Notes under the pieces: model-generated
What the model was told of the DNA's origin: nothing
The model's input: only the letters and a program-made list of their open reading frames with translations
Database searches by the model: none
In this document: positions 28,890-38,982 of the stretch, one piece after another
Layout: every line of letters starts with the position of its first letter
Position numbering within the stretch: the first letter of the stretch is position 1
NCBI GenBank assembly: GCA_013626165.1
Contig: NDHX01000008.1
Location: 3,316-67,315 of the forward strand
Length of the DNA stretch: 64,000 nucleotides
Direction of reading: 5' to 3'
Source: Candidatus Velesiimonas alkalicola
GTDB taxonomy: Bacteria; Omnitrophota; Gorgyraeia; Velesiimonadales; Velesiimonadaceae
Translations under genes and position numbers: made by a program

Positions 28890-29402
28890 TCACCACTGAA
28901 ATGTTTTTTGCTTTTCCTGCGGTTTTTTAGACGCTTCCTGGGCGGGTGTTCTTCTTCTTTCATTGTTTATTGTTTTTTCAACTAATTTGTGGACTGCCCT
29001 TATCTTTTCGTTTTCTCTTGGTATGTATTCAAAAGTTACATCAGCCTTTGTTGAAAGTGTATCTATTTCTGCAAGGAGCATTTTTAAGCCTATATTCTTG
29101 CATCTGTATTCGCCATTTATCTGTTTGACAACAAGTTCACTGTCTGTAAAACATTTAATTGCCCTTGGCCTTAGCACAAGAGCGGTTTTTATTCCAAAAA
29201 TAAGTGCCCTGTATTCAGCAACATTATTTGTTGCAGTTCCTATAAACTCCGATTTTTTTGCTATCTCGTTGCCGATTTTATCGTAAAGGATTGCCCCTAT
29301 CCCGGCATCGCTCTGTGTCGGAGAATTTTTAAGTGAGCCACCATCAGCATATACATAGATGATGTTTATATTTTTTAATTTTTCCTTCATAAAAAAGCTC
29401 AA
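28890..29402 (-). CDS. rnhA: Ribonuclease HI with basic C-terminal tail
   Basis: YADGGS...NNVAEYRALI...TDSELVV RNase H motifs. Confidence 0.85.
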   Translation of the reverse strand: MSFFMKEKLKNINIIYVYADGGSLKNSPTQSDAGIGAILYDKIGNEIAKKSEFIGTATNNVAEYRALIFGIKTALVLRPRAIKCFTDSELVVKQINGEYRCKNIGLKMLLAEIDTLSTKADVTFEYIPRENEKIRAVHKLVEKTINNERRRTPAQEASKKPQEKQKTFQW

Positions 29403-30397
29403 TCCACAAATTCAATCCTGTTTTCTCCCTTCTTTACCCTGCCCAATACCCAGGTGTTTAAACCGCTGTTTTTAAGGCTTGTCAGTGCAAAATTTGTATC
29501 TTTTTCTTTAACCACAACCACCATTCCGACACCCATATTAAATGTTCTATGCATCTCTTTGAAAGATATATTTGCTCTTGTTTGAATTGTATTAAATATC
29601 TCAGGGACCGCCCATGAATTTTTTTTAATACAAGGAGTTAAACCTGGTGGAATAATCTTTGTAATTTTCTCAAAAAACGCCCCGCCTGTTATATGTGCAA
29701 TCCCCAGAAGACTAATCTTTTCTATCAGGGACAATACCGGCTTTACATATATTTTGGTTGGTTTTAGAAGCTCTTCAGCCCACAGGGTTTTAATTTCTTT
29801 TTCTGTGAACAGTTTTCTTACCAATGAAAAACCGTTTGAATGAAGCCCGTTTGATTCTATTCCGATAATAATATCACCAACGGAAATATTTGAACAATTT
29901 ATAATCTTTTGCCTTTCAACAATACCAACGCAAAAACCAGCAAGGTCATACTCGTTGTCTTTATAAAATCCGGGCATCTCGGCGGTTTCTCCCCCCACAA
30001 GAGAACACCCGGCCTTTCTGCACCCTTCGGTAATTCCTTTTATTACATCAACAAGAACATTTTTTTTAATTCTGCCTGTTGCAATATAGTTGAGAAAAAA
30101 AAGAGGCCGTGCCCCTGAACATAAAACATCGTTAACATTCATTGCAACAAGGTCTATTCCTACGGTATTGTGTTTATTAACGAGAAATGCCACCTTCAGT
30201 TTTGTTCCTACACCATCGGTGGATGAGACAAGCACTGGCTCTTTGTATTCATTGGGAATTTTAAAAAAACTCCCAAACCCCCCTATATCTTTTAACACAA
30301 GGTCTGAATGTGTAGAACACATATCTTTTCTTATGTTTTTTATAAATTCATCTGCTGTTTTTATATCTACACCTGCTTTTTTATATGTCATTTTCAT
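29399..30397 (-). CDS. purM: Phosphoribosylformylglycinamidine cyclo-ligase (AIR synthase)
   Basis: 332 aa PurM fold, VSSTDGVGTK, GGETAEMPG motifs. Confidence 0.95.
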   Translation of the reverse strand: MKMTYKKAGVDIKTADEFIKNIRKDMCSTHSDLVLKDIGGFGSFFKIPNEYKEPVLVSSTDGVGTKLKVAFLVNKHNTVGIDLVAMNVNDVLCSGARPLFFLNYIATGRIKKNVLVDVIKGITEGCRKAGCSLVGGETAEMPGFYKDNEYDLAGFCVGIVERQKIINCSNISVGDIIIGIESNGLHSNGFSLVRKLFTEKEIKTLWAEELLKPTKIYVKPVLSLIEKISLLGIAHITGGAFFEKITKIIPPGLTPCIKKNSWAVPEIFNTIQTRANISFKEMHRTFNMGVGMVVVVKEKDTNFALTSLKNSGLNTWVLGRVKKGENRIEFVD

Positions 30398-30422
30398 ATC
30401 GGAGACTCCGATGTTCGGGCGG

Positions 30423-31853
30423 TTAGATTTTTTGACATTCTAAACAGTATTTGCCCTCCGGTTTTTTGCATTTTACCGGATACTTACCAGTAAAACAGGC
30501 TGAACAATATTTATCTTTATCTTCTCCTTCTACGCTTAAAAGTTCCTCTACTGTAAGGTATTCAAGTGTATCTGCTCCTATAAAATTTCTTATTTGTTCG
30601 GTATTATTCCTGGATGCAATAAGTTCTGAGGAATGTGCAAAATCAATCCCATAAAAACAAGGATGTCTATGGGGCGGGCAAGATATTCTTAAATGAACCT
30701 CTTTGGCTCCTGCATCTTTTACTGTTTTGATTCTTGCCTGGGATGTTGTTCCTCTTACGATGGAATCATCCACAACAACAACTTTTTTCCCTTTAAGCAC
30801 AGATTTTACCGGATTTAGTTTTATCTTTACACCGAGGTCTCTGAGCTGTTGCGAGGGCTGAATAAATGTTCGTCCCACATAATGATTTCTTATCATTCCC
30901 ATCTCAAAAGGAAGTCCACTCTGGTGGGCATATCCTATCGCGGCTGTTACACCTGAATCTGGGACAGGCACAACAATGTCTGCATCTGCGGGATGATTTT
31001 TGGCAAGGGTTCGTCCAAGTGCCTCTCTTATTTCGTATACATTTTTGCCAAATACAATAGAATCCGGTCTTGCAAAATATATATGTTCAAAAATACAGTA
31101 CGATAAAAATCCTGATTGTAATTGTTCAGGTTTCCAGGAATGAAGTCCTTTTTCATCAAGAATTACAATCTCTCCGGCTTCTACATCTCTTAAATATCTT
31201 GCGTTCACAAGGTCTAATGCACAGGTTTCGGATGCAACAATAAATGAATTGTCGACCTTTCCTATAACAAGGGGTCTAAAACCTTGCGGGTCTCTTACTG
31301 CAATAATTTTTTTAGGGACAAGTATAATAAGTGAATACGAGCCTTTGATTTGGGCAAGAGACTCAAGCAGCGCCTTTTCAAAAACCTTGTGCTTGCTTCT
31401 TGATATAAGGTGAACTATTATCTCGCTATCAGTCGTTGATTGGAATATTGCTCCCTGTTTTTCAAGAGACTTTCTTAAATGTAAAGAATTTACAAGATTG
31501 CCATTATGCCCTATTGCAATAGGTCCCTGTTTACAGACTATGTGTATAGGCTGAGCATTTTTTATTGTACTTGAACCTGTTGTAGAATATCTTACATGTC
31601 CTATAGCAAGGCTGCCCTTTAACTGGTCTATGACATTGGGGGGAAATACATCGTTTACAAGCCCCGTTGCTTTATGTGAGTTAATCTGTTTTCCATCCCA
31701 CACTGCAATACCAGCCGACTCTTCTCCTCTGTGTTGAAGTGCATAAAGCCCCAAATATGCAATCTTTGCGGCACTGTCATTATTAGAAACACCAAATAAA
31801 CCGCAATATTCTTTCGGAGGCCTCATTATCAGGTGAGCTGTATAATCTGCCAT
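30423..31853 (-). CDS. purF: Amidophosphoribosyltransferase
   Basis: N-terminal Ntn CGLFGV, PRT domain, C-terminal Fe-S cysteines; 476 aa. Confidence 0.95.
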   Translation of the reverse strand: MADYTAHLIMRPPKEYCGLFGVSNNDSAAKIAYLGLYALQHRGEESAGIAVWDGKQINSHKATGLVNDVFPPNVIDQLKGSLAIGHVRYSTTGSSTIKNAQPIHIVCKQGPIAIGHNGNLVNSLHLRKSLEKQGAIFQSTTDSEIIVHLISRSKHKVFEKALLESLAQIKGSYSLIILVPKKIIAVRDPQGFRPLVIGKVDNSFIVASETCALDLVNARYLRDVEAGEIVILDEKGLHSWKPEQLQSGFLSYCIFEHIYFARPDSIVFGKNVYEIREALGRTLAKNHPADADIVVPVPDSGVTAAIGYAHQSGLPFEMGMIRNHYVGRTFIQPSQQLRDLGVKIKLNPVKSVLKGKKVVVVDDSIVRGTTSQARIKTVKDAGAKEVHLRISCPPHRHPCFYGIDFAHSSELIASRNNTEQIRNFIGADTLEYLTVEELLSVEGEDKDKYCSACFTGKYPVKCKKPEGKYCLECQKI

Positions 31854-31879
31854 TGTTCCCTTGCCTTTTTCGCAACCCC

Positions 31880-32668
31880 TTATATGTGTTTCTTTATATA
31901 TTCCACCGCATTTTTAAATATTTTAAGCCCATCACCATATTTTGGCAGATCTTTAATCCTGTGCCAGAACGGATGGTTATAAGAGAATATGTGTCTTTCA
32001 GGATGGGGCATAATACCGAGTATTCTGCCTGTTGTGTCGCATACACCTGCGATAGAATCCACAGAGCCATTGGGGTTTGAAGGATAGCCCTGTATTTCAC
32101 CATTTTTATCTGTATATTGAAATACTATGTGTTTATTTTTCCAGTGCCCAGAAAGGATATCTTTATTTAAGGGAACATATTTACCTTCCCCATGCGCAAC
32201 GGGCAACATAATTATATCATTTATATCTTTTGTCCATACACAGTGTGTTTTTGCAGGTCTTAAACAGACCCACCTATCCTCAAATTTTCCGGAATCATTA
32301 TGTGTAAAGGTTGCCTGCTGTATGCTTTTTTCCTCTATTGCAGGAAGAAGCCCTGCTTTTACAAGTACCTGAAAACCGTTACATATGCCGATAACCAATT
32401 TCCCGTTTTTTACAAATTTCTGTATCTGTTCCTTCAAACAAAACCGTATCTCATTGGCAAGTATTTTTCCAGGGGCAACATCATCTCCATATGTAAAACC
32501 ACCGGGTATTGCTATTATATGATAGACTAAAAAAGAGGCGGGATTTTTTATTATAGAATTTATATGAAACTCTTCAGGAATTGCCCCTGCATACTTAAAT
32601 GCAAAGGCAGTTTCTGTATTACAGTTTGTGCCAGCGGCCCTGATTACAAGAACCCGCACCTTTTTCAT
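31880..32668 (-). CDS. purQ: Phosphoribosylformylglycinamidine synthase subunit PurQ (glutaminase)
   Basis: GICNGFQ catalytic Cys, HxE; start taken at MKKVRVLV. Confidence 0.9.
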   Translation of the reverse strand: MKKVRVLVIRAAGTNCNTETAFAFKYAGAIPEEFHINSIIKNPASFLVYHIIAIPGGFTYGDDVAPGKILANEIRFCLKEQIQKFVKNGKLVIGICNGFQVLVKAGLLPAIEEKSIQQATFTHNDSGKFEDRWVCLRPAKTHCVWTKDINDIIMLPVAHGEGKYVPLNKDILSGHWKNKHIVFQYTDKNGEIQGYPSNPNGSVDSIAGVCDTTGRILGIMPHPERHIFSYNHPFWHRIKDLPKYGDGLKIFKNAVEYIKKHI

Positions 32669-32975
32669 ATAAATAAGCATAGCATATTTAGAAAAAAAAT
32701 CAAGAAACAGGTTGTAACTGAGTGGGAACGGGAACCTCAGTTGTTAGTGGAAAAAACTCAGGAGAAGAAAATATAATTATACTTATTGATGGAAAAACCG
32801 CTTATGGCAAAATTAAAAAGTTTATCGCAAAATTATTTTATTTCAAATAGTTTTGTGTTAAAATATGCCCAGGAGCCCATTACGCAACCGCACACATGAG
32901 AGAGGACGCCATAGGTTAAGAACCTGATGTGTGTAACCAATGGGGTTATGCTCATGGACTCTAAAGAGAGGTGGT

Positions 32976-33437
32976 ATGAAAACAATAGAAGGCAATCTTA
33001 TTGGCAAAGGGAAAAGGTTTGGAATTGTAGCATCAAGGTTTAATGATTTTATTACAAAAAAACTTATAGAGGGTGCAGTTGATGCACTAATAAGACATGG
33101 TGTTGTGGAAACAGACATTTCACTGGTCTGGGTGCCTGGCGCTTTTGAAATACCTGTGCTTGCATTGTCAATGGCAAAATCAAAAAAATTTGATGCAGTT
33201 GTGTGTCTTGGAACAATTATAAGAGGAGGGACCGGTCATTTTGAATATATTGCAAATGAATGCGCCAAAGGCATAGCCTTTGTTTCTTTGCAGACGGGCC
33301 TTCCGTGCATATTTGGTGTAATAACAGCAGATTCTATTGAACAGGCAGTTGAAAGAGCCGGCACAAAACAGGGCAACAAGGGTGCAGATGCAGCCATCAG
33401 TGCAATAGAAATGGTGAATCTCTTAGAAAAGATATAA
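32976..33437 (+). CDS. ribH: 6,7-dimethyl-8-ribityllumazine synthase
   Basis: [16 protein letters not shown]...; start taken at MKTIEG. Confidence 0.95.
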   Translation: MKTIEGNLIGKGKRFGIVASRFNDFITKKLIEGAVDALIRHGVVETDISLVWVPGAFEIPVLALSMAKSKKFDAVVCLGTIIRGGTGHFEYIANECAKGIAFVSLQTGLPCIFGVITADSIEQAVERAGTKQGNKGADAAISAIEMVNLLEKI

Positions 33438-33450
33438 ATTAAGCAACAGT

Positions 33451-33867
33451 ATGAGACGGCGAACACTTGCAAGAGAATTTGCATTAAAGATGTTGTATTT
33501 GTTGGATATTGATTCCTCTGTTTCACAGATAGATACAGATAGATTCTGGGAGGATTGGGGAGCAAAACAAGCAGAAAGTGTGTGCCTATATACAAAAAAA
33601 TTAATTGATGGAACTATAAAAAATAAACAGACAATAGACCAGGTTATACAGAAAAGGGCTGAAAACTGGGAATTAAAAAGGATGTCTTTTATAGACAGAA
33701 GTGTTTTAAGGCTTGCCACATATGAATTGTTATACGAAAACGAGGTTCCTCCTAATGTTGTAATAAATGAGGCAATTGATATAGCAAAAAAATATGGAGA
33801 AGAAGGGTCTGGTGGATTTGTCAACGGCATACTTGATAAGATAAACAAGGAAGATAGGGAAACTTAA
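33451..33867 (+). CDS. nusB: Transcription antitermination factor NusB
   Basis: RRTLAREFALKMLY N-terminus, 138 aa. Confidence 0.9.
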   Translation: MRRRTLAREFALKMLYLLDIDSSVSQIDTDRFWEDWGAKQAESVCLYTKKLIDGTIKNKQTIDQVIQKRAENWELKRMSFIDRSVLRLATYELLYENEVPPNVVINEAIDIAKKYGEEGSGGFVNGILDKINKEDRET

Positions 33868-33888
33868 AATTTTTATTTATGTAAACTT

Positions 33889-35067
33889 TTGCTGAATGCA
33901 AAAATGAAATTCTCAAAATTTCACCAAAGGATGATGCAAGAGGTAATAACGCTTGCAAAAAAGGGTTGCGGCACGACGGGTAAAAATCCGAGGGTTGGTG
34001 CAATATTAGTTAAAAACAACAGAATTATATCAAGGGGATTTCATAAACAGGCCGGCTCACCGCATGCAGAAGCAACAGCGATAAAATTGGCAGGAAAAAA
34101 AGCAAGAGGTGCCTCGTTATATGTAAACATGGAACCCTGCTGTCATTTTGGTAATACTCCTCCCTGTACGGATGCAATAATAGGAGCGGGCATAAAAAGA
34201 GTTTTTTATTCAATAGATGACCCAGATATAAGAAACAGAGGCAGGGCTGAAAAAATTCTTAAAAAAAACCGCATTATTGTTTATAAGGGTTTATTAAAAC
34301 AGGATGCAGAAAATATCAACGCAGGATTTATAAAAAGAAATACAAAATTACTTCCATACCTTACACTAAAACTTGCAATAAGTCTTGACGGGAAAATTGC
34401 AACATCTGATGGCCAGTCAAAATGGATAACATCTGAAAACTCAAGAAGGATTGTCCAGAAATTAAGGATGCAGACAGATGCGATACTTGTTGGTATAAAA
34501 ACCGTCTTAAAGGACAACCCTTCACTTTCATTAAGGGGGAAAAATGGGGCCTTTCTGTCACATCAGCCCTATAAAGTAATACTTGATTCGGATTTGAGAA
34601 TACCGCTTAACTGTAATGTATTAAAATCTTCTCCGAACAGGGTAATAATTGTTTGTAAAAAAAGATGCAGTAAAGACAGGATAAAAAAATTGGCAGGGAA
34701 AAATGTAACTGTATGGCAATCACACGGGTTAAAGGAATTTATAGATGTTAGATGGATTTTGAAAAAATTAGCAAAAGAACTTTCAATAAACTATATCCTT
34801 TGTGAAGGAGGAGCAAAAGTCGCATCAAGTCTCTTAGAACAGGGGTGTGTTGATAAAATAATATTTTTCATTGCACCAATTTTAATAGGCGGGGATAAGT
34901 CCTGCACGGGTGAAATAGGCGTAAAAAAACTATCTTCTGCTATAAAACTAAAAAATATAAAATATGGTTTTGCCTTACAATATAACCCAAATGTATTGAG
35001 AAAAGATAAAGCAGACAGTTCCTTAAAAGATTTAATTGTGGAGGCAGATGTTTACAGGAATAGTTGA
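33889..35067 (+). CDS. ribD: Bifunctional riboflavin biosynthesis deaminase/reductase RibD
   Basis: HAEATAI and PCCHFG deaminase motifs plus reductase domain. Confidence 0.95.
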   Translation: MLNAKMKFSKFHQRMMQEVITLAKKGCGTTGKNPRVGAILVKNNRIISRGFHKQAGSPHAEATAIKLAGKKARGASLYVNMEPCCHFGNTPPCTDAIIGAGIKRVFYSIDDPDIRNRGRAEKILKKNRIIVYKGLLKQDAENINAGFIKRNTKLLPYLTLKLAISLDGKIATSDGQSKWITSENSRRIVQKLRMQTDAILVGIKTVLKDNPSLSLRGKNGAFLSHQPYKVILDSDLRIPLNCNVLKSSPNRVIIVCKKRCSKDRIKKLAGKNVTVWQSHGLKEFIDVRWILKKLAKELSINYILCEGGAKVASSLLEQGCVDKIIFFIAPILIGGDKSCTGEIGVKKLSSAIKLKNIKYGFALQYNPNVLRKDKADSSLKDLIVEADVYRNS

Positions 35068-35683
35068 AACGCTGGGTGTTGTAACAGAGAGTAAAAGAAA
35101 ACCGTCTTTAACCACCGTTTCCATAGAAATTCCTTTAATCTATAATGACATAAAACAAGGAGATAGCATACTTGTAGATGGCGTATGTTTAACTGTGTCA
35201 GAATACTTAAAACAAGGCTCAAAAAGTATTTTTATATCAGACATAATGGACATAACCCTGCAAAGGACAACACTGGAAAATTTATATGTCGGAAGAAAAC
35301 TAAATATTGAAAGGGCTTTAAGACTTGATGAAAGATTAGGCGGACACTTTGTAACCGGACATATTGACACTATTGGTAGATTAAATATCATTTCTAAACA
35401 GGAGGGCAAGACGGTATTTGAGGTTTTTCCAAAGGAGGATATTTACAGGTTTCTTGCCCCTCTAGGTTCTGTTGCAGTTGACGGGATAAGTCTTACACTT
35501 GCAGAATCTAAACGGAATAGTTTTATGTTTCATTGTATCCCTCATACACTTTTTGCAACAACCCTTGGGAACACTTCCCTCAGGGATGTGAATATTGAGG
35601 TTGATATCATTGCAAGATATGTTTCACAATTGATAAGTTCTGCACATTCAGAGAATAAAATAAAGGAATTTTTAAATGGATGA
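35048..35683 (+). CDS. ribE: Riboflavin synthase alpha chain
   Basis: MFTGIVETLG N-terminus, two lumazine-binding repeats. Confidence 0.9.
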   Translation: MFTGIVETLGVVTESKRKPSLTTVSIEIPLIYNDIKQGDSILVDGVCLTVSEYLKQGSKSIFISDIMDITLQRTTLENLYVGRKLNIERALRLDERLGGHFVTGHIDTIGRLNIISKQEGKTVFEVFPKEDIYRFLAPLGSVAVDGISLTLAESKRNSFMFHCIPHTLFATTLGNTSLRDVNIEVDIIARYVSQLISSAHSENKIKEFLNG

Positions 35684-36134
35684 CGGTTTTATACAGATAA
35701 TAAATAATAAACCCTTGCTCTCAGCAATTGTTGCATGGGCAATCACACAGGCACTAAAGGTTTTTATCAATGTAAGAAAAGAAAAAAGATTTGATTTTAG
35801 ATGGTTTATCGGACCCGGCGGTATGCCGAGTGTTCATACCGCAGGGGTTGTAGCGCTTGCAACAGCTATTGGTATATCCGAGGGTATTGGGTCGGGCCTG
35901 TTTGCTATCTCAGTTATTCTTGCTTTAACAGTAGTATTTGATGCTCAGGTTGTAAGAAGAAATTTTGGCTATCAGGCACAGGCACTGAACAAGATAATAG
36001 AAGATATATATTCCAGAAGAGAAATAAAAGAAGAAAGGTTAAAAGAACTTCTCGGACACACACCTATGGAGGTAATTGTAGGGGGGCTTTTAGGATTTAT
36101 AATAGCAGTTATGATATGTTGGGGGTCAGGGTAA
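35676..36134 (+). CDS. Divergent PAP2 family membrane protein (DUF212/YuiD-like)
   Basis: 152 aa, GGMPSVHTAG motif. Confidence 0.55.
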   Translation: MDDGFIQIINNKPLLSAIVAWAITQALKVFINVRKEKRFDFRWFIGPGGMPSVHTAGVVALATAIGISEGIGSGLFAISVILALTVVFDAQVVRRNFGYQAQALNKIIEDIYSRREIKEERLKELLGHTPMEVIVGGLLGFIIAVMICWGSG

Positions 36135-36138
36135 AACT

Positions 36139-36756
36139 ATGGAAAATCTTGAAATTATTAAATGGTTAGGGCATGCAGGCTTCAGGATTGAAGGCTCAAA
36201 GACTATATATATTGACCCATACCAAATCCAGGCTGGAAAACCTGCAGATATAATTCTTATCACACATACCCACTATGACCACTGTAGTAAAGACGATATC
36301 AATAAAATAAAAAAACAGGATACGGTGCTTATTGCCCCCGAGGATTGTGCTCCAGACTGGAAGGGAGAAAGAAAGATTCTAAAACCCGGACAAAAAGATG
36401 TTGTAAAGGGTATAAAAATATTTGCTATCCTTGCATACAATAAAAACAAGAATTTTCACCCAAAACAAAATGACTGGGTAGGATATATTGTAAGTATAGA
36501 CGGGCTTAAAATTTATCATGCAGGAGATACAGACGCCACCCCTGAGATGGAAAAAATTGATGTGGATGTGGCACTTCTTCCTATCGGGGGGACATATACA
36601 ATGGATGTCCAAGATGCCCTGTCTGTTATAAACAAAATGAAAGTAAAAACGGTTATGCCAATGCATTACGGAACTATTATTGGAACACAAAAGGATGCGC
36701 AAGAATTAAAGGTAAAATCAAAAGTGCCGATTTTGATACTTGAAAAAACAAGATAA
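36139..36756 (+). CDS. MBL-fold metallo-hydrolase
   Basis: ILITHTHYDHCS HxHxDH motif. Confidence 0.75.
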   Translation: MENLEIIKWLGHAGFRIEGSKTIYIDPYQIQAGKPADIILITHTHYDHCSKDDINKIKKQDTVLIAPEDCAPDWKGERKILKPGQKDVVKGIKIFAILAYNKNKNFHPKQNDWVGYIVSIDGLKIYHAGDTDATPEMEKIDVDVALLPIGGTYTMDVQDALSVINKMKVKTVMPMHYGTIIGTQKDAQELKVKSKVPILILEKTR

Positions 36757-36761
36757 ATTTT

Positions 36762-38027
36762 ATGCATGATTTCCAATATAAAAATGGCAAACTATGCTGT
36801 GAAGATGTTCCGCTTGACCAGATTGCAGCAGTATGTGGAACACCTACATATGTGTACAGTTATAAAACCCTCACAGATCATCTGCACAAGATACAGGATG
36901 CCTTTAAAAGCATCTCGCCCCTTATCTGTTATTCAATGAAGGCAAATTCAAACATTGCAATCGTAAGAGCACTTGTAAAAGAAGGTGCAGGCGTTGATGT
37001 TGTATCGGGGGGCGAGCTTTACAGAGCAATTAAAGCAAAGGTTGAACCATCTAAGATTGTATATACAAGTATCGGCAAAACAGAACAGGAAATAAAACAG
37101 GCGATAAAAAAAGGCATATTGATGTTTAATGTAGAATCTCAGGAAGAACTTGTAATAATAGAAAATGCTGCAAGAGAAATGGGAAAAAGAACAAGGGTAT
37201 CTATAAGAGTAAATCCGGATGTTAGCCCATATACACATAAATATATTGCTACGGGTAAAAAACACACAAAGTTTGGGCTTGATATAAAAACCACCGAAGA
37301 CTTAATAATAAGAGCATCTGTTTTTTCAAATATCCATGTCTGCGGAATACATATCCACATAGGCTCACAGATTGTATCTTCAAAACCGTTTGTGAAGGCG
37401 CTTAATAAAATATCAAAACTTATTCAGAAATTGAAAAAAAAGGGAGTGGTCCTTCAATATCTTAATATCGGAGGAGGGCTGGGGATTATATATAAAGAAG
37501 AAAAACCACAGACTGCAAAACAGTTTGCAGATGCAGTATTAAAAACACTTAAAAATATTGATTTAAAGATTATAATGGAACCCGGAAGGTTTATAGTCGG
37601 TAATGCAGGAGTATTGCTTACCAAGGTATTGTATATAAAGCACACACCAGTAAAAAGGTTTGTGATAGTTGATGCAGGTATGAATGATCTTATTCGTCCT
37701 ACTCTGTACAGGGCTTACCACCAGATACTACCTGTTGGGGAAAGATTTTTGAAAAACCAGTGGAAGGTTGATGTCGTAGGTCCTGTATGTGAAAGCGGAG
37801 ATTTTTTTGCTCTTGAAAGACAGATGGCCCGTGTTTGCGCGAACGAACTTCTTTCGGTAATGAGTGTCGGTGCATATGGATTCAGTATGTCCAGCAACTA
37901 TAATTCAAGAAGACGCTCAGCAGAGGTTCTTGTTCAGGGGAGCAGGTTTGAACTTATAAGAAAAAGAGAAGATTACAAAGATTTGGTAAGAGGAGAAAAA
38001 ATTCCGCAGTATTTAGAGCCTTCTTAA
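36762..38027 (+). CDS. lysA: Diaminopimelate decarboxylase
   Basis: 421 aa PLP fold-III decarboxylase, CYSMKAN, ESGD motifs. Confidence 0.95.
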   Translation: MHDFQYKNGKLCCEDVPLDQIAAVCGTPTYVYSYKTLTDHLHKIQDAFKSISPLICYSMKANSNIAIVRALVKEGAGVDVVSGGELYRAIKAKVEPSKIVYTSIGKTEQEIKQAIKKGILMFNVESQEELVIIENAAREMGKRTRVSIRVNPDVSPYTHKYIATGKKHTKFGLDIKTTEDLIIRASVFSNIHVCGIHIHIGSQIVSSKPFVKALNKISKLIQKLKKKGVVLQYLNIGGGLGIIYKEEKPQTAKQFADAVLKTLKNIDLKIIMEPGRFIVGNAGVLLTKVLYIKHTPVKRFVIVDAGMNDLIRPTLYRAYHQILPVGERFLKNQWKVDVVGPVCESGDFFALERQMARVCANELLSVMSVGAYGFSMSSNYNSRRRSAEVLVQGSRFELIRKREDYKDLVRGEKIPQYLEPS

Positions 38028-38048
38028 AAATATATCAGAGAATAGTTT

Positions 38049-38912
38049 ATGCAAATAAAATTTTCAAAAATAACAGGAAGCGGGAATGATTTTATTGTAA
38101 TTGACAATAGAAGAAACATAATCTTGTCTGATAATAAAGAAAAAATTGCCCCTATTGTCCGACATTTTTGCGATAGAAAAATGGGAATAGGCGCAGATGG
38201 TGTTTTGCTTCTGGAAAAAAGTAAAAACGCAAGTTTCAGGATGAGGGTTTTCAATTCGGATGGCTCAGAGGCTGAAATGTGTGGCAACGGGACAAGATGC
38301 ATTACTCTTTTTGCAAAAGAAAAAAGAATCGTAAGGGAAACAACTGTAAGTAAAGGGCGCTTTCTTAAAAAAATCAGCATTGAAACCCTTGCAGGAATTA
38401 TAAAAGCAGAGGTTAAAAATAATAATGTTAAAATTCAAATGTCAAAACCCTCTGATTTCAGGAAAGATATATTTTTAAAAATAGAAGAAAAGCCTTACAA
38501 GTTGCATTTTATAAATACAGGAGTTCCGCATACTGTTCTTATTGTGGATGATATAGAAAAAGCCCCTGTTGTTGCAGTAGGGAGAAAGATACGGTTTGAC
38601 CCTAAATTTTCTCCGGCAGGAACAAATGTTAATTTTGTAAAAATTAAAGATAGAAACAATATTATTGTCCGAACATATGAAAGAGGTGTAGAGGATGAGA
38701 CCCTTGCCTGCGGAACGGGTCTTACGGCCTGTTGTTGTGTGCTTGCTTTTCTTGGACTTGTAGATTCCCCTGTTAAGGTAAAGACAAGAGGCGGTGAAAT
38801 TCTTACAGTTTCGCTTAAGAAAGAAAATGATATAATAAAAAATATATTTTTTGAAGGAAAAGTGTATTGGGTATTTGATGGGAAAATACAGCAGGTAGTA
38901 GGTAGTAAGTAG
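38049..38912 (+). CDS. dapF: Diaminopimelate epimerase
   Basis: GSGNDFIV and CGNGTRC catalytic Cys motifs; last codons read into repeat copy E. Confidence 0.9.
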   Translation: MQIKFSKITGSGNDFIVIDNRRNIILSDNKEKIAPIVRHFCDRKMGIGADGVLLLEKSKNASFRMRVFNSDGSEAEMCGNGTRCITLFAKEKRIVRETTVSKGRFLKKISIETLAGIIKAEVKNNNVKIQMSKPSDFRKDIFLKIEEKPYKLHFINTGVPHTVLIVDDIEKAPVVAVGRKIRFDPKFSPAGTNVNFVKIKDRNNIIVRTYERGVEDETLACGTGLTACCCVLAFLGLVDSPVKVKTRGGEILTVSLKKENDIIKNIFFEGKVYWVFDGKIQQVVGSK

Positions 38913-38960
38913 TAGGTGGAAGGTAGGAGATTGTTTTCCTATCTACTACCTATTATCTCC
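38894..38960. repeat. GGTAGTA heptad-period hairpin array (repeat family copy E)
   Basis: ggtagtaggtagtaagtagtaggtggaaggtaggag...cctatctactacctattatc inverted arms. Confidence 0.65.
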
Positions 38961-38982
38961 TGTTTACTAAATAAGGGGGAAT

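Noticed and set aside
32681-32975. Possible FMN riboswitch in ribH leader
   Set aside because: None of the conserved RFN core strings (gtgaaa..ccg / agtctggatg-like) recognisable by eye; needs cmscan to be sure.
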